Part shown: in pieces, positions 53,601 through 63,508 of the stretch | Position numbering within the stretch: position 1 is the first letter of the stretch | Layout: the number at the start of each line of letters is the position of its first letter | Assembly: GCA_021734805.1 (NCBI GenBank) | Contig: JAIPIG010000005.1 | Coordinates: 29 to 64,028, forward strand | Length of the DNA: 64,000 nucleotides | From: Simkaniaceae bacterium | GTDB lineage: Bacteria > Chlamydiota > Chlamydiia > Chlamydiales > JACRBE01 | Direction: 5' to 3' | Position numbers and translations under genes: made by a program | The notes under the pieces: generated by a model | The model's database searches: none | What the model was told of the DNA's origin: nothing | What the model saw: only the letters and a program-made list of their open reading frames with translations

Positions 53601-54116
53601 GGTGACTCGGCAAAATACGAAATGCTTCTCGAGCTCGTGCAAAACCTCATTGAGGGTGGTCATAAAACGGTGATTTTCTCACAGTACACCAAAATGCTGC
53701 AGATTATGAAAAACGACTTGATCAAAATGGGAATCCGTTTTAGTTATCTCGACGGTTCGACAAAAAATCGCCTCGATGTTGTGAAACAGTTTAATGAAGA
53801 TCAAACGATTTCAATTTTCCTCATCTCGCTGAAAGCAGGCGGTACGGGTTTAAATCTCGTCGGTGCAGATACTGTGATTCACTATGACATGTGGTGGAAC
53901 CCTGCGGTTGAAAATCAGGCGACGGACCGCGTCCATCGCATTGGGCAACACAGATCGGTTTCCGTCTACAAACTTGTGACGATGAGCACCATCGAGGAAA
54001 AAATTGTTGAAATGCAAAAACGCAAGCAAGGTCTTGTTAAAAAAGTGGTTAGTTGCGATGAAGAGGCGATCTCTAAACTCACTTGGGAAGATGTTCTTGA
54101 ACTCTTGCAAGGGTAA
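50628..54116 (+). CDS. SNF2-family helicase with N-terminal SWIM zinc finger (second paralog)
   Basis: SWIM motif CDCPYHYDCQH. Helicase motifs LADDMGLGKT, LDEAQHIKN, SLKAGGTGLNL and WWNPAVENQATDRVHRIGQ. I prefer ATG 50628 over TTG 50574. Confidence 0.9.
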   Translation: MLNLRKLKQDFSSNILKQGKQIFDEKKVVSAKILHLDANVLRINAKILGQYNNTYESVIEIDRHECETIDSDCDCPYHYDCQHLAALLYYLDAHIDAILVEYSKEGDLLTLTERGAIDDKAKEAILEVVKEAEAKEDLRRDEQYQKELLHEYVFSSKVLSKSPFFLPTLERQIDRAELAMIFFLPKKEEQRQILELQLALRLPFRSKPLHIPNAKEFLDSLRHEEPIVIGGKRYLFTLNSFDSHYAELSRMLIDYARATDKGTTEKSQRTAFIELKSFGLILSRAFDIEYKKLQHQLGSFQDQSQFVLPCIYDETLERPLMFCHKPARFKIGIEYIDPPASKILLNPSLFVEDRTVTLEEIDFFESATPGMLLDHVFYRFESNITRLHLLSIRQMREVTIPEPLFGTFIENSLPVLGQYCEIENQHITEKFVTLPFVDKISAICELSFLDSELEADLKFKYGESLVPACVQKMTQENLTSFITPEGIVARNLVEEQTLIDEVFQDFVFDEAQGIFIAKSEKKIIEFMTDIIPRFKEKVTFNCPQNLLDQFIYDTSTFHISLSHTDRMDVYELVLSVNGMLTGIKMDRIWECVLSKRAFLELETTASRKKTKVEKARLPKILVLDLDKISKIVQLFDELRIERLSNHKIQCPLWTLANIDENNFKELPVEFKMTDQLREIRKQMLGEKAFNFAAIPKTINATLRNYQVEGVNWLERLRIMYLSGVLADDMGLGKTLQAIVAISQTHKKGDVTLVVCPTSLLYNWYEEINRFNEKLKVLVVDGVPNQRKKMIGSLKKYDVIITSYSLLQKDIELYEPTGFKYAILDEAQHIKNRGTRNAKSVKMIKAQHRLILSGTPIENSLDELWSLFDFLMPGFLSSYDRFVEKYIRVPKDEQFANLEYLRKKVAPFIMRRMKEDVLDDLPPVSEITYRCHLTECQNELYKSYAASARDELTKLVERDGFDKVQIHVLATLTRLKQICCHPAIFAKESVEEGDSAKYEMLLELVQNLIEGGHKTVIFSQYTKMLQIMKNDLIKMGIRFSYLDGSTKNRLDVVKQFNEDQTISIFLISLKAGGTGLNLVGADTVIHYDMWWNPAVENQATDRVHRIGQHRSVSVYKLVTMSTIEEKIVEMQKRKQGLVKKVVSCDEEAISKLTWEDVLELLQG

Positions 54117-54212
54117 ATTCGATTTTGTAACTTTGAGTTTGAATTAATGCCGCCTTATCGATACAATCACAAATTATTGCTGGATTCTTAAACAATATGT
54201 GACAGGTTGATC

Positions 54213-55286
54213 ATGAAGGAAAATACGTTTACGCAGCTCGCTGACGCCTTAACGAGAAAAATGAGAAAGGCAACAGGGTTTCTCACTAATGATATTGGCA
54301 TTGACCTTGGGACTGCAAATACACTTGTTTATGTGAAGGGAAAGGGCATTACACTTGCCGAGCCTTCTGTTGTAGCTGTCGATTCAATGACGAATGAAGT
54401 CATTGCCGTTGGACAAAAGGCGAAAGAAATGCTCGGAAAGACTCCGCGCAAAATCCATGCCGTTCGTCCGATGAAAGATGGTGTTATTGCCGATTTTGAA
54501 ATTGCCGAAGGCATGTTAAAAGCCTTGATTAAACGCGTGACTCCAACGCGCTCTCTTTTTCGTCCAAAAATTCTAATTGCCGTTCCGTCGGGTATCACCG
54601 GTGTGGAAAAAAGAGCTGTTGAAGATTCTGCATTAAGAGCCGGTGCTCAAGAAGTTTATTTGATTGAAGAGCCGATGGCTGCAGCGATTGGAGTCGATTT
54701 ACCTGTGCATGAGCCTGCAGCAAGTATGATTGTTGATATTGGAGGCGGTACCACTGAAATCGCCATTATTTCGCTCGGTGGTATTGTTGAATCGCGCTCA
54801 CTGCGTATTGGTGGTGATGAGTTTGATGACTGTGTGATGAATTACATGCGCCGCACCTACAATCTGATGATTGGTCCGAGAACGGCGGAAGAGATCAAAG
54901 TGACGATTGGTTCTGCTTATCCATTAGGAGAGTATGAACTCGAAATGGAAGTGCGTGGACGCGATCAGGTGGCCGGTCTTCCCGTTACAAAGCGGATTAA
55001 TTCAGTTGAAATTCGCGAATGCTTAGCCGAACCTATCCAACAAATTATTGAAAATGTGAAGCTCACCCTTGAAAAATGTCCACCCGAACTTGCAGCAGAT
55101 CTCGTTGAACGAGGGCTCGTTCTTGCAGGTGGTGGCGCCTTAATTAAGGGACTTGACAAATTGCTCATTAAAGAATGTGGTCTGCCGGTAATTATTGCCC
55201 CATCTCCTCTTCTTGCAGTTTGCCTTGGTACCGGAAAAGCGCTTGAATACTTAGACCAATTTAAAAAGAAAAAAGTATTGTCTTAA
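54213..55286 (+). CDS. mreB: rod-shape / cell-division actin homolog MreB
   Basis: [22 protein letters not shown] and LAGGGALI motifs. Confidence 0.95.
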   Translation: MKENTFTQLADALTRKMRKATGFLTNDIGIDLGTANTLVYVKGKGITLAEPSVVAVDSMTNEVIAVGQKAKEMLGKTPRKIHAVRPMKDGVIADFEIAEGMLKALIKRVTPTRSLFRPKILIAVPSGITGVEKRAVEDSALRAGAQEVYLIEEPMAAAIGVDLPVHEPAASMIVDIGGGTTEIAIISLGGIVESRSLRIGGDEFDDCVMNYMRRTYNLMIGPRTAEEIKVTIGSAYPLGEYELEMEVRGRDQVAGLPVTKRINSVEIRECLAEPIQQIIENVKLTLEKCPPELAADLVERGLVLAGGGALIKGLDKLLIKECGLPVIIAPSPLLAVCLGTGKALEYLDQFKKKKVLS

Positions 55287-55351
55287 TACCCTTTCGCTAT
55301 CTAGCTAATTCTGTTGGATAGATTTCGCTATGTTCAGGAGGCGTGTTTTAT

Positions 55352-57157
55352 ATGCAGCTTGATGAATTATCGCACCCGCATTTACGTGAATGGATTAATC
55401 AGGCTGTAGAGCGGTTTAATCCAAAGTCCGTTTATATTTGTGATGGCAGTGATGAAGAAAATCAACGCCTCAGTCAAGAGTTAGTTGATCAAGGCGTTTT
55501 TATCGCGCTCGATGAAAAAAAACGGCCTCATAGTTTTTGGTCTGCTTCTGATCCGCGTGATGTTGCGCGTGTAGAAGAGCGGACATTCATCTGTTCTCAC
55601 TCACCCGATGATGCAGGCCCCACTAATCATCATGTCGATCCCGAGACGATGAAAAAGAGCCTTGATCGCCTCATGAAAGGGTGCATGCAAGGCCGCACAA
55701 TGTATGTGATCCCCTTTTGTATGGGCCCGTTAGACGCTGATCTTGCAATGATTGGTGTGCAATTGACAGATTCGGCGTATGTCGTTTGCAATATGCGCAT
55801 TATGACTAGAATGGGCAAACCTGTGCTCGATCGCTTAAAGGCGTCTCATCCGTTTATTCCCTGTATCCACTCTGTCGGTGTTCCCCTTAAAGAAGGGGAT
55901 AAAGATAGCCCGTGGCCTTGTCGGCCCGATGAGACCGTAATCGCCCACTTCCCCGAGGAAAAACTGATTGTTTCATTTGGGAGTGGTTATGGTGGAAATG
56001 CCCTTTTAGGGAAAAAATGTGTGGCGCTTCGCATTGCTTCTGTGAAAGCAAAAGAGGAAAAATGGCTTGCAGAGCATATGCTTGTCATTAAAGTGACCAA
56101 TCCCGAAGGCAAAGTTAAGTATATGAGTGGGTCTTTTCCCAGTGCGTGTGGGAAGACCAATCTGGCGATGCTCAAACCAACCATTCCCGGCTGGAAAGTT
56201 GAGTGTGTCGGAGATGATATTGCCTGGATGAATATTGGAGAAGATGGGCGTCTTCACGCTATCAATCCCGAAGCGGGGATTTTTGGGGTGGCTCCCGGCA
56301 CATCAGATCAATCGAATCCCCATTGTATGACGACGATCCGTAAAAACACCATTTTCACAAATGTCGCTTTAACGGAAGATGGCGATGTGTGGTGGGAAGG
56401 TAAGAGCTCTTTGCCACCCAAAATGAAGATGAACTGGCTGCGGCACGCTTGGAAACCCGGGGATGAAGAAAAAGCAGCGCATCCGAATTCACGCTTCACA
56501 GCCCCCATTTCTCAATGTCCGATTTTAGCTAAAGAGTTTGATTCTCCTAAAGGGGTTCCGATTGATGCCATTATCTTTGGCGGACGTCGTAAAAGCGTCA
56601 TCCCACTCATTTATGAGGCGCCATCCTGGGAAGGAGGGGTGTTTGCTGCGGCTTCGCTCTCTTCGGAAATGACGGCGGCCGTTAAAGGGGAAATGGGCCG
56701 TTTGCGCCATGATCCCTTTTCGATGCTCGCTTTTTGTGGCTATCATATGGGGGACTATTTTCAACACTGGCTCAATTTTACCACATTCACTCAAAGAGAG
56801 GCCCTTCCGAGAATTTTTAATGTCAATTGGTTTAGGCAAAATGAAAAAGGCGAATATTTATGGCCCGGATTTGGTGAGAATTCTCGGATGATTAAATGGA
56901 TTTTTGAGCGTTGTGATCAAAAGTGTGGTGCCCAAGAGACGGCGATAGGCTATCTCCCCCATCTTAAAGATATCGATATTGAAGGGTTGAATATGTCTTG
57001 CGATACGCTTGAGGAGCTGCTTTATTTGGATCCCCATTTATGGAAAAAAGAAATTCAAGAGCTCCAAGATTATTTTAAAATATTTGATCCGAAATTCCCT
57101 AAGCAACTTTCACAGTATTTAGTCAAACTGCTTCAAAAAATTGAGGATAGTCTATGA
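55352..57157 (+). CDS. pckG: phosphoenolpyruvate carboxykinase (GTP-dependent type)
   Basis: FPSACGKTNLAML P-loop, a WMNIGEDG region and NWF near the C-terminus. SD CAGGAGG lies about 10 nt upstream of ATG 55352. Confidence 0.9.
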   Translation: MQLDELSHPHLREWINQAVERFNPKSVYICDGSDEENQRLSQELVDQGVFIALDEKKRPHSFWSASDPRDVARVEERTFICSHSPDDAGPTNHHVDPETMKKSLDRLMKGCMQGRTMYVIPFCMGPLDADLAMIGVQLTDSAYVVCNMRIMTRMGKPVLDRLKASHPFIPCIHSVGVPLKEGDKDSPWPCRPDETVIAHFPEEKLIVSFGSGYGGNALLGKKCVALRIASVKAKEEKWLAEHMLVIKVTNPEGKVKYMSGSFPSACGKTNLAMLKPTIPGWKVECVGDDIAWMNIGEDGRLHAINPEAGIFGVAPGTSDQSNPHCMTTIRKNTIFTNVALTEDGDVWWEGKSSLPPKMKMNWLRHAWKPGDEEKAAHPNSRFTAPISQCPILAKEFDSPKGVPIDAIIFGGRRKSVIPLIYEAPSWEGGVFAAASLSSEMTAAVKGEMGRLRHDPFSMLAFCGYHMGDYFQHWLNFTTFTQREALPRIFNVNWFRQNEKGEYLWPGFGENSRMIKWIFERCDQKCGAQETAIGYLPHLKDIDIEGLNMSCDTLEELLYLDPHLWKKEIQELQDYFKIFDPKFPKQLSQYLVKLLQKIEDSL

Positions 57158-57642
57158 GAGCACTGATCCAACGGGTGAAACAAGCCGGTGTGACTGTTAA
57201 TGGAAAGGTTGTGGGCGAAATTAAAAAAGGCCTTTTAATTTTTCTTGGCGTGACACACGACGACACTATGGAATTGATGCATAAAATGGCCGATAAAATT
57301 ATCGGCTTGCGTATTTTTGAAGATCAGAATCAAAAAATGAATCTCTCGATCGAAGATATCCGGGGAGAAATTCTTGTCGTCTCGCAATTCACATTATATG
57401 GAGATTGTGCAAAGGGGCGACGCCCTTCTTTTGCCGAGGCGGCTGAGCCCAAAAGGGCAAAAATCCTCTATGATTTTTTTATTAAGGAGCTGCGCTTTAA
57501 AGGGATTAAAACCCAAGAGGGGGTTTTTGGGGCCTATATGGATGTGGCTCTGATTAATGATGGTCCTGCAACGTTTCTGATAGAATTGTCTAGAAGTGAA
57601 ATAGCCCACGCTATGAAAGGTGGGCTAAGTGTCAAGCGCTAA
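57154..57642 (+). CDS. dtd: D-aminoacyl-tRNA deacylase
   Basis: MRALIQRV N-terminus, VVSQFTLYGD and NDGPATF motifs. ATGA overlap with the pck stop. Short C-terminal extension. Confidence 0.85.
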   Translation: MRALIQRVKQAGVTVNGKVVGEIKKGLLIFLGVTHDDTMELMHKMADKIIGLRIFEDQNQKMNLSIEDIRGEILVVSQFTLYGDCAKGRRPSFAEAAEPKRAKILYDFFIKELRFKGIKTQEGVFGAYMDVALINDGPATFLIELSRSEIAHAMKGGLSVKR

Positions 57643-57696
57643 AAATAGCGGTATGCGGGCAAGCTTCTTCCTTTACGAGCCCTTAGGGAGAGTCTG

Positions 57697-58137
57697 TTAG
57701 CAAAATGAAGCTTGGCAGGCGTGGATTTCGCTCTCTTTAAAGAAAAATGCGATTTCAATTTTTGCATTTTCTAGGGAGTCAGATCCATGAACGGCATTGG
57801 CATCGATGCTGCTTGCAAAATCAGCTCGAATTGTTCCCGGAGCCGCTTCTTTAGGATTTGTTGCACCCATGATATCGCGGTTTTTCATGACGGCATTTTC
57901 ACCCTCTAAGACCATAATCACAACAGGACCGGATGTCATAAATTCAACGAGGTCGTTGTAAAAAGGGCGTTCTTTGTGAACGGCATAAAAACCACCGGCT
58001 TGATGGGCTGAAAGGTGGGTCATTTTCATTGCGACAACCGATAGGTTGTTTTTTTCAAAGCGGGCGATGATTTCGCCAATGTGATGCTTGGATACGGCAT
58101 CGGGTTTAATGATGGATAGAGTTCTCTCTGTAGCCAT
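57697..58137 (-). CDS. ndk: nucleoside diphosphate kinase
   Basis: [11 protein letters not shown], and NAVHGSDS containing the active-site His. Confidence 0.95.
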   Translation of the reverse strand: MATERTLSIIKPDAVSKHHIGEIIARFEKNNLSVVAMKMTHLSAHQAGGFYAVHKERPFYNDLVEFMTSGPVVIMVLEGENAVMKNRDIMGATNPKEAAPGTIRADFASSIDANAVHGSDSLENAKIEIAFFFKESEIHACQASFC

Positions 58138-58228
58138 GTAAAGCTCCTAGTTGATTATTTTTTTCAAAATGATAGCATAAAGCGATGAGAATTGCAATTC
58201 TTTGAGAGATGAAGCATAATTATTGTCT

Positions 58229-59287
58229 ATGGGACATCATATTGATTTTAAAAGTCTGAATCGGATTCTTGTTTGTAAGCTAAGACATCATGGAGATGTG
58301 CTCCTAACTTCCCCTGTTTTTTCGAATTTGAAGAGGGCCGCTCCTCAGGCAAACATCGATGCTTATATCTATAAAGAGACGTATCCCATGCTTGAAGGGC
58401 ATCCCGATATCGAAGGGTATCTTTTTTATGATAAAGGTTGGAAAAAGCTATCCAAATGGCGACGCTATTGCAAAGAGGCTCAGCTATTAAAGGAGATTCG
58501 AAATAAAAAATATGACATGGTCATCAATTTGACTGAAGGGGATCGAGGCGCTATTGCAGCTCTTTTTTCAGGCGCGCGCTACCGCGTGGCTTTTCATCCT
58601 AAAGGACAGGGGATGTGGGGAAAAGATAAACTCTATACCCATATTGTCAAAGAGTGTCCCATGATGCGCCATACGGTGGAAATGAATCTCGATCTACTCC
58701 GGGGAATTGGGATTTTCCCGGAAGAGGAAGAGCGCGAACTGACATTTGTCATTCCCTCTAGAGCAAAAGTTAAAATGAAAGCATGGATAGAAAAACCTTA
58801 CGCGGTTGTCCATCCCGTATCGCGTTGGATGTTTAAATGCACCAAAGAAGCGATCATCGCTCAAGTGATTAGGCATTTGCTTGAACGAGGTTTGAAAGTC
58901 ATTTTAACGGCATCCAATGATCCGGAAGAGATGGCGTATAATGCGCGCGTAAGGCATCTCATCTCACACGAAAACCTGATCGATTTATCAGGAAAAATCT
59001 CTCTAAAAGAACTCGGAGCGCTTATCGAAGGGGCTGATCTACTCTTTTGTGTCGACTCTGTCCCACTTCATATTGCCAGTGCGACTAAAACACCTGTTGT
59101 GGCCCTTTTTGGACCTACTTCAGAAGTGCGCTGGTCCCCTTGGCGCCATCTTAGGGCTAAAACCGTGTTTCAAAGCATGCCTTGCCGCCCGTGCTATCGT
59201 CCCGGATGCGTTGATTCACATCAAAGCGATTGCCTCCTCACTCTTCGGGTAGGTGATATCATCGAAGCGATCAGGTCTATAGAGTGA
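58229..59287 (+). CDS. glycosyltransferase family 9 (LPS heptosyltransferase-like)
   Basis: ILVCKLRHHGDVLLTSPV N-terminus, and the pattern GADLLFCVDSVPLHIASATKTPVVALFGPT typical of RfaF/RfaC-type GT9 enzymes. Confidence 0.75.
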   Translation: MGHHIDFKSLNRILVCKLRHHGDVLLTSPVFSNLKRAAPQANIDAYIYKETYPMLEGHPDIEGYLFYDKGWKKLSKWRRYCKEAQLLKEIRNKKYDMVINLTEGDRGAIAALFSGARYRVAFHPKGQGMWGKDKLYTHIVKECPMMRHTVEMNLDLLRGIGIFPEEEERELTFVIPSRAKVKMKAWIEKPYAVVHPVSRWMFKCTKEAIIAQVIRHLLERGLKVILTASNDPEEMAYNARVRHLISHENLIDLSGKISLKELGALIEGADLLFCVDSVPLHIASATKTPVVALFGPTSEVRWSPWRHLRAKTVFQSMPCRPCYRPGCVDSHQSDCLLTLRVGDIIEAIRSIE

Positions 59288-60011
59288 AATTTTCGCCAAG
59301 GTAGCGGCTTCTGACATCTTCATGGGTAATGAGCTCATTAGCAGTTCCTGTCGCCAGGATGCGCCCTTGCATCATAAGGAAGCTACGATCGACAATAGAG
59401 AAAATTTCTCGTGCATTGTGATCCGTAATCAGAATCGAAATGTTTTTTTGTTTCAGGATGCGAATGAGGGCCTTGACTTCGCTTACCGTAATGGGATCGA
59501 TATTGGCAAAGGGTTCATCGAGAAGGAGCAGGTTGGGATTTGTGACAAGAGAGCGAGTAATTTCTAGGCGGCGGCGCTCTCCACCTGACAAGAGGGCTGC
59601 CTTTTTTTTAGCGAGATGGGACAAGTTGAGTTCTTCGAGAAGGTTTTTAAGCTGCTCTGTCTTTTCTTCTTTGGTGAGGGGACGCATTTCGAGAAAGCAC
59701 AAGATATTTTCTTCTACGGATAGGTGTCGAAAAATAGACGGTTCTTGCGCGAGATATCCCATTCCCATTTTTGAGCGCTCGTGAATAGGCATATGAGTGA
59801 CATCTTTTTCATGAAAAAAAATATGGCCGCGGTCAGGTGAGATGAGCCCGATTGTCATATAAAAAGCAGTTGTTTTGCCTGCTCCATTGGGTCCGAGAAG
59901 GCCGATAACTTCTCCCGGATAAATATCAAAAGAGAGGTCATCCACAACATTGCGATCTTGATAGAATTTGGCAATATTTTGAATTCTTAAGATGGGTTTT
60001 TTTTCTTCCAT
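59277..60011 (-). CDS. lptB: LPS export ABC transporter ATP-binding protein LptB
   Basis: GPNGAGKTT, LSGGERRRLEI and LLLDEPFANIDP. Follows lptC/lptA-like genes and kdsA. Confidence 0.85.
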   Translation of the reverse strand: MEEKKPILRIQNIAKFYQDRNVVDDLSFDIYPGEVIGLLGPNGAGKTTAFYMTIGLISPDRGHIFFHEKDVTHMPIHERSKMGMGYLAQEPSIFRHLSVEENILCFLEMRPLTKEEKTEQLKNLLEELNLSHLAKKKAALLSGGERRRLEITRSLVTNPNLLLLDEPFANIDPITVSEVKALIRILKQKNISILITDHNAREIFSIVDRSFLMMQGRILATGTANELITHEDVRSRYLGENFTL

Positions 60012-61411
60012 AGGTGCTCGAGTATAAGCTTTTGCTCATTTTTTGTCAGGAAACAGCGCACATCTCCAATAGATCGGAAGGCTTTTTCTTTTGTGACGGG
60101 ATCGTAGATAACGGAAAGTTCATCTGCAGCGAGATGAATAGAATCCTTTTGATTCCATAGGAGAACTTTTTCAGACGGTTTTGCTGCGAGTTGAAGAAGA
60201 TGGCTTTGAGGATAAAAAGTCAACTGGTGGCAAGAGGCCATTTGAAGAGGGGAATCAGACTGATCTAATACGACAAAGACAGAACCCATCAGTTCTATTC
60301 TATCAATCTGTTGATTGAGTTCATTAAAGTAGACTTTGAGGTGATCGCTATAGATCGTAAAATCGGTGTTGCGGTAGCGCGTTTGATCCTCTGAGTCAAG
60401 AGGGGAATTTGCGGTAAATGTTTGATTGATGCGGTTGAGGATCGTCTCCCCTGAACAATCAAAGCTGTGATCCAAAACCCGGTAGTGTACTTCGCCCTCT
60501 GTTTTTATGTAGGAAATGTCCCGGATTTCCCCCTCTCTTTTTTTAGTTAATTCAACGGATTGTTCAGCATGCAAATGGCCAAAGATCGTTGATTGAATAT
60601 CCACATTTTTTTGAAGGTGCAGGAGTTCTTTATCCATCCGGTAGAGCATCCGCTCTGACGAGAAGTGAAGAGGCGCATCGCCTTGGAATAGAGATCCGTT
60701 GACATGGATAAACTGCACGGTGCGGCGTTTGGTATCGAATGCAATGGATTGTGCCGTGAGGTTGAGCTTTTCCGACTCGAAATGACAGGGATTGTTTTGT
60801 TGATAGAGCCTAATCATCCCATCGGGAATTTTTTGACGATCAATGCGAATGGGATTGAGTTTTTGATAGCTCGCACGATCGGCAAAAATGATAAATTCAC
60901 GGCAAGAGGATGTCTCGGGTTCAAAATAGACCGCAACGACATCACCGATTGCGCTGAGACGATCGATATCAAAATGCATGTCATGCTTTGACATTTTAAA
61001 ATTCATCGATCGCGCTCTCAATTTAAGGGGATGTAAGTGCCCCTTAACATTGATATGGTCTTGATAGTTGACAAAACGGTAAATCGATGTCAAGTCTCCT
61101 AGAAGAGTATTGAAATCAATACGCGCTAAATCACAGGTCAGTTCGGCATTGTTTTTTAAAATGAGTTTCACGTCATTTTTTAAAATGGCCCGATGAAAGA
61201 TAAGATTTTTAGAAGAGAGGTCTTTTTTCAAACGCGCTGAGTCGGCTTGAAGCAGCCCAAAAGGGTGTTTGAGTCGTACATGTCCGTCTAAGTTGAGGAC
61301 TTCCCCATCAAAAATCATCCGATCCGACGCAATATGGCTCATCTCCTGTGCCGATAGCATTGCGAGTATAAAAAAAGAAGAGAAGAAATAAAACCGAAAC
61401 AATTTTTTCAT
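59987..61411 (-). CDS. periplasmic OstA/LptA-like protein (enlarged)
   Basis: Signal peptide MKKLFRFYFFSSFFILAMLSAQE. OstA-like motif FDGEVLNLDGHVRLKH...LQADSARL. Lies between the LptC-like gene and lptB. Confidence 0.5.
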   Translation of the reverse strand: MKKLFRFYFFSSFFILAMLSAQEMSHIASDRMIFDGEVLNLDGHVRLKHPFGLLQADSARLKKDLSSKNLIFHRAILKNDVKLILKNNAELTCDLARIDFNTLLGDLTSIYRFVNYQDHINVKGHLHPLKLRARSMNFKMSKHDMHFDIDRLSAIGDVVAVYFEPETSSCREFIIFADRASYQKLNPIRIDRQKIPDGMIRLYQQNNPCHFESEKLNLTAQSIAFDTKRRTVQFIHVNGSLFQGDAPLHFSSERMLYRMDKELLHLQKNVDIQSTIFGHLHAEQSVELTKKREGEIRDISYIKTEGEVHYRVLDHSFDCSGETILNRINQTFTANSPLDSEDQTRYRNTDFTIYSDHLKVYFNELNQQIDRIELMGSVFVVLDQSDSPLQMASCHQLTFYPQSHLLQLAAKPSEKVLLWNQKDSIHLAADELSVIYDPVTKEKAFRSIGDVRCFLTKNEQKLILEHLWKKKNPS

Positions 61412-61412
61412 A

Positions 61413-61970
61413 TTAGGATTTTAGATCAGCCGTAAAGTGATTGGCTGAAAAAGTGGGTGTTTGATTGGATAAATCAAAAATAGCCTCCGTGGCATGGCCT
61501 TGAAGCATGATTGGGTTGTTGGACTCATGATTTGAAGGGGCTTCATAAATCTTAAAGTCAATATCATTGGCAATCAGCGTTTCATTAGTATACGAATAAG
61601 ACCCATTCTTAGCTTGAAATTGCTTGATTTGGGCATTGTTTTTTGAGGGTGTCTCAAAAAAAAGGCAGTTCATTTCACAGAGATGTTCCACTAGATCAAA
61701 TCCATGGCTTTTAGGCTCGAGCGTCAGTGTTGAAGTCGGTGCAAAAATCTGATAATGGATGCGCTCATTTTTATCGACTTTGTAGAGGTCTTTATAACAT
61801 CCCGTGCGCACTTGTTGTTCGGTGAAAGGCTTTTTTTCCACCGTATGTTTTGCGACAAAGCGGTTATAATGTTGAATGTGCCGATCTTGAATATAAACAA
61901 GATAAAAGCCACCCAAGAGTGAAAGTGTGATTAAGAGCAACTTGACAAAGCATTTTGCTTTTCTAAACAT
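61413..61970 (-). CDS. membrane-anchored LptC-like protein
   Basis: Single N-terminal TM helix (VKLLLITLSLLGGFYLVYI) followed by a beta-rich periplasmic part. The position matches lptC in kdsA-lptC-lptA-lptB. Confidence 0.45.
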   Translation of the reverse strand: MFRKAKCFVKLLLITLSLLGGFYLVYIQDRHIQHYNRFVAKHTVEKKPFTEQQVRTGCYKDLYKVDKNERIHYQIFAPTSTLTLEPKSHGFDLVEHLCEMNCLFFETPSKNNAQIKQFQAKNGSYSYTNETLIANDIDFKIYEAPSNHESNNPIMLQGHATEAIFDLSNQTPTFSANHFTADLKS

Positions 61971-62788
61971 GATTCACTGCGAATAAGGTTATAGAGTTTA
62001 TCTAATAGAATCACAAGAGGTCTTAAGTCGTCGAATGAGAGCATAGAAGCGGCATCGCTGAGAGCTTCATTTGGTGCGTGGTGTGATTCAATATAAACGA
62101 GATCTGCTCCGGCTGCAATGGCTGATTTAGCAAGGGTTGGGATGTATTGGCGTTGTCCACCCGTTGCATGCCCAAGCCCACCGGGAAGTTGAACGCTGTG
62201 AGCGGCATCAAAGCAAACCGGATAGCCCAGTTTTTTCAGTTCGGGGATTGAGCGCATATCGCTTACAAGATTATTATAGCCAAAACAAACCCCTCTTTCG
62301 GTGAGCATGATTTGATCATTTCCACTCAGAGCTACTTTTTCAACGCTGTTTTTCATATCCCAGGGAGCCATAAATTGGCCCTTTTTAATATTGATGATCT
62401 TACCCGTATTTGCAGCGGCGACTAAGAGATCGGTTTGGCGGCATAAAAAAGCGGGAATTTGAATAATATCAAGAACATCTTTAGCCGGATCCGCTTGCTC
62501 GGGGAGATGGATGTCAGAAAAAATAGGTAGATCAAATGTCTCTTTAATTTCTCTCAAAATAGCAAGACCTTGGTCAATCCCCGGCCCGCGATAGGAGTGA
62601 AGAGATGAGCGGTTCGCCTTATCGAAACTCGATTTAAAGATAAAAGGAATCCCGACATCATCAAAGAGTTGTTTGAGATGCTCTGCCGAGCGCATTGCGT
62701 GGTCGCGACTCTCAATCACACAGGGACCGGAAATAATAACGAGTCGATCTTTGCCGATTTCGATATCTTTGACTTTAAGCGTGTGCAT
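61931..62788 (-). CDS. kdsA: 3-deoxy-8-phosphooctulonate (KDO8P) synthase
   Basis: Motifs ISGPCVIES, KSSFDKANRSS and CFDAAHSVQLPGG. Confidence 0.92.
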   Translation of the reverse strand: MHTLKVKDIEIGKDRLVIISGPCVIESRDHAMRSAEHLKQLFDDVGIPFIFKSSFDKANRSSLHSYRGPGIDQGLAILREIKETFDLPIFSDIHLPEQADPAKDVLDIIQIPAFLCRQTDLLVAAANTGKIINIKKGQFMAPWDMKNSVEKVALSGNDQIMLTERGVCFGYNNLVSDMRSIPELKKLGYPVCFDAAHSVQLPGGLGHATGGQRQYIPTLAKSAIAAGADLVYIESHHAPNEALSDAASMLSFDDLRPLVILLDKLYNLIRSESCLEKQNALSSCS

Positions 62789-63488
62789 AGGTTTCCTTTA
62801 AATGAGCAATTAAGTGATCCATATTATACAGTCCGCGATTTTGTTGCCTTAAAAAAGCGGCGGCTTGAAGCGCTCCTTTAGCAAAAACACGCCGATCAAA
62901 GGATAGGTGGGAAATGCGCAGCTCTTCAAGATCAAAGGCTAGCCGCACTTCATGGGAAAACGTATGGCTGTGTGAACGAATGCTGTGAATGTACAAATCC
63001 TGTTTTGAGCGCAAAGATTGGAGCTCTCTTTGGTAGGTTTTTTGAGACATAGCGCTTGCCAGATCGAGTGCCGTTCCACTTGGTGCATCCTTTTTATTGG
63101 CCGGATGGGACTCAATTATATCAATGTAGGCCTCATCCAAAGGGCATTGTTTTAGAAAGTCTTTGATCCATGCAATCTTCAGGGAAAAGTTACTCGCATA
63201 GAAAAGGGGGATATGTAAGGAAGCTTCTTGCATCAGGGTAAAATGTTCAGGAGATAATCCCGTTGTCCCAATCACAAGGGGAATCTTATGGTTCACGCAG
63301 GTTTCAATATGACGATGCAAGCTTTTAAAAGAAGAGACGTCAATGGCAACGTCGGCTTCAATGGATGCAATGCTTTTAGAATAATCATCGCACTTCGAAT
63401 AAGAAAAGGGGAGTAGACTCTCATCCGTTGCGATGGCTCTGATAGCGCTACCCATATTTCCCGTAGATCCGAAAAGAGCGATGATCAT
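62775..63488 (-). CDS. dapB: 4-hydroxy-tetrahydrodipicolinate reductase
   Basis: N-terminal GSTGNMG NAD(P)-binding motif and the signature ESHPANKKDAPSGTAL. Confidence 0.85.
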   Translation of the reverse strand: MIIALFGSTGNMGSAIRAIATDESLLPFSYSKCDDYSKSIASIEADVAIDVSSFKSLHRHIETCVNHKIPLVIGTTGLSPEHFTLMQEASLHIPLFYASNFSLKIAWIKDFLKQCPLDEAYIDIIESHPANKKDAPSGTALDLASAMSQKTYQRELQSLRSKQDLYIHSIRSHSHTFSHEVRLAFDLEELRISHLSFDRRVFAKGALQAAAFLRQQNRGLYNMDHLIAHLKETYAHA

Positions 63489-63508
63489 ATTTAACTCCGT
63501 TATTTCGA

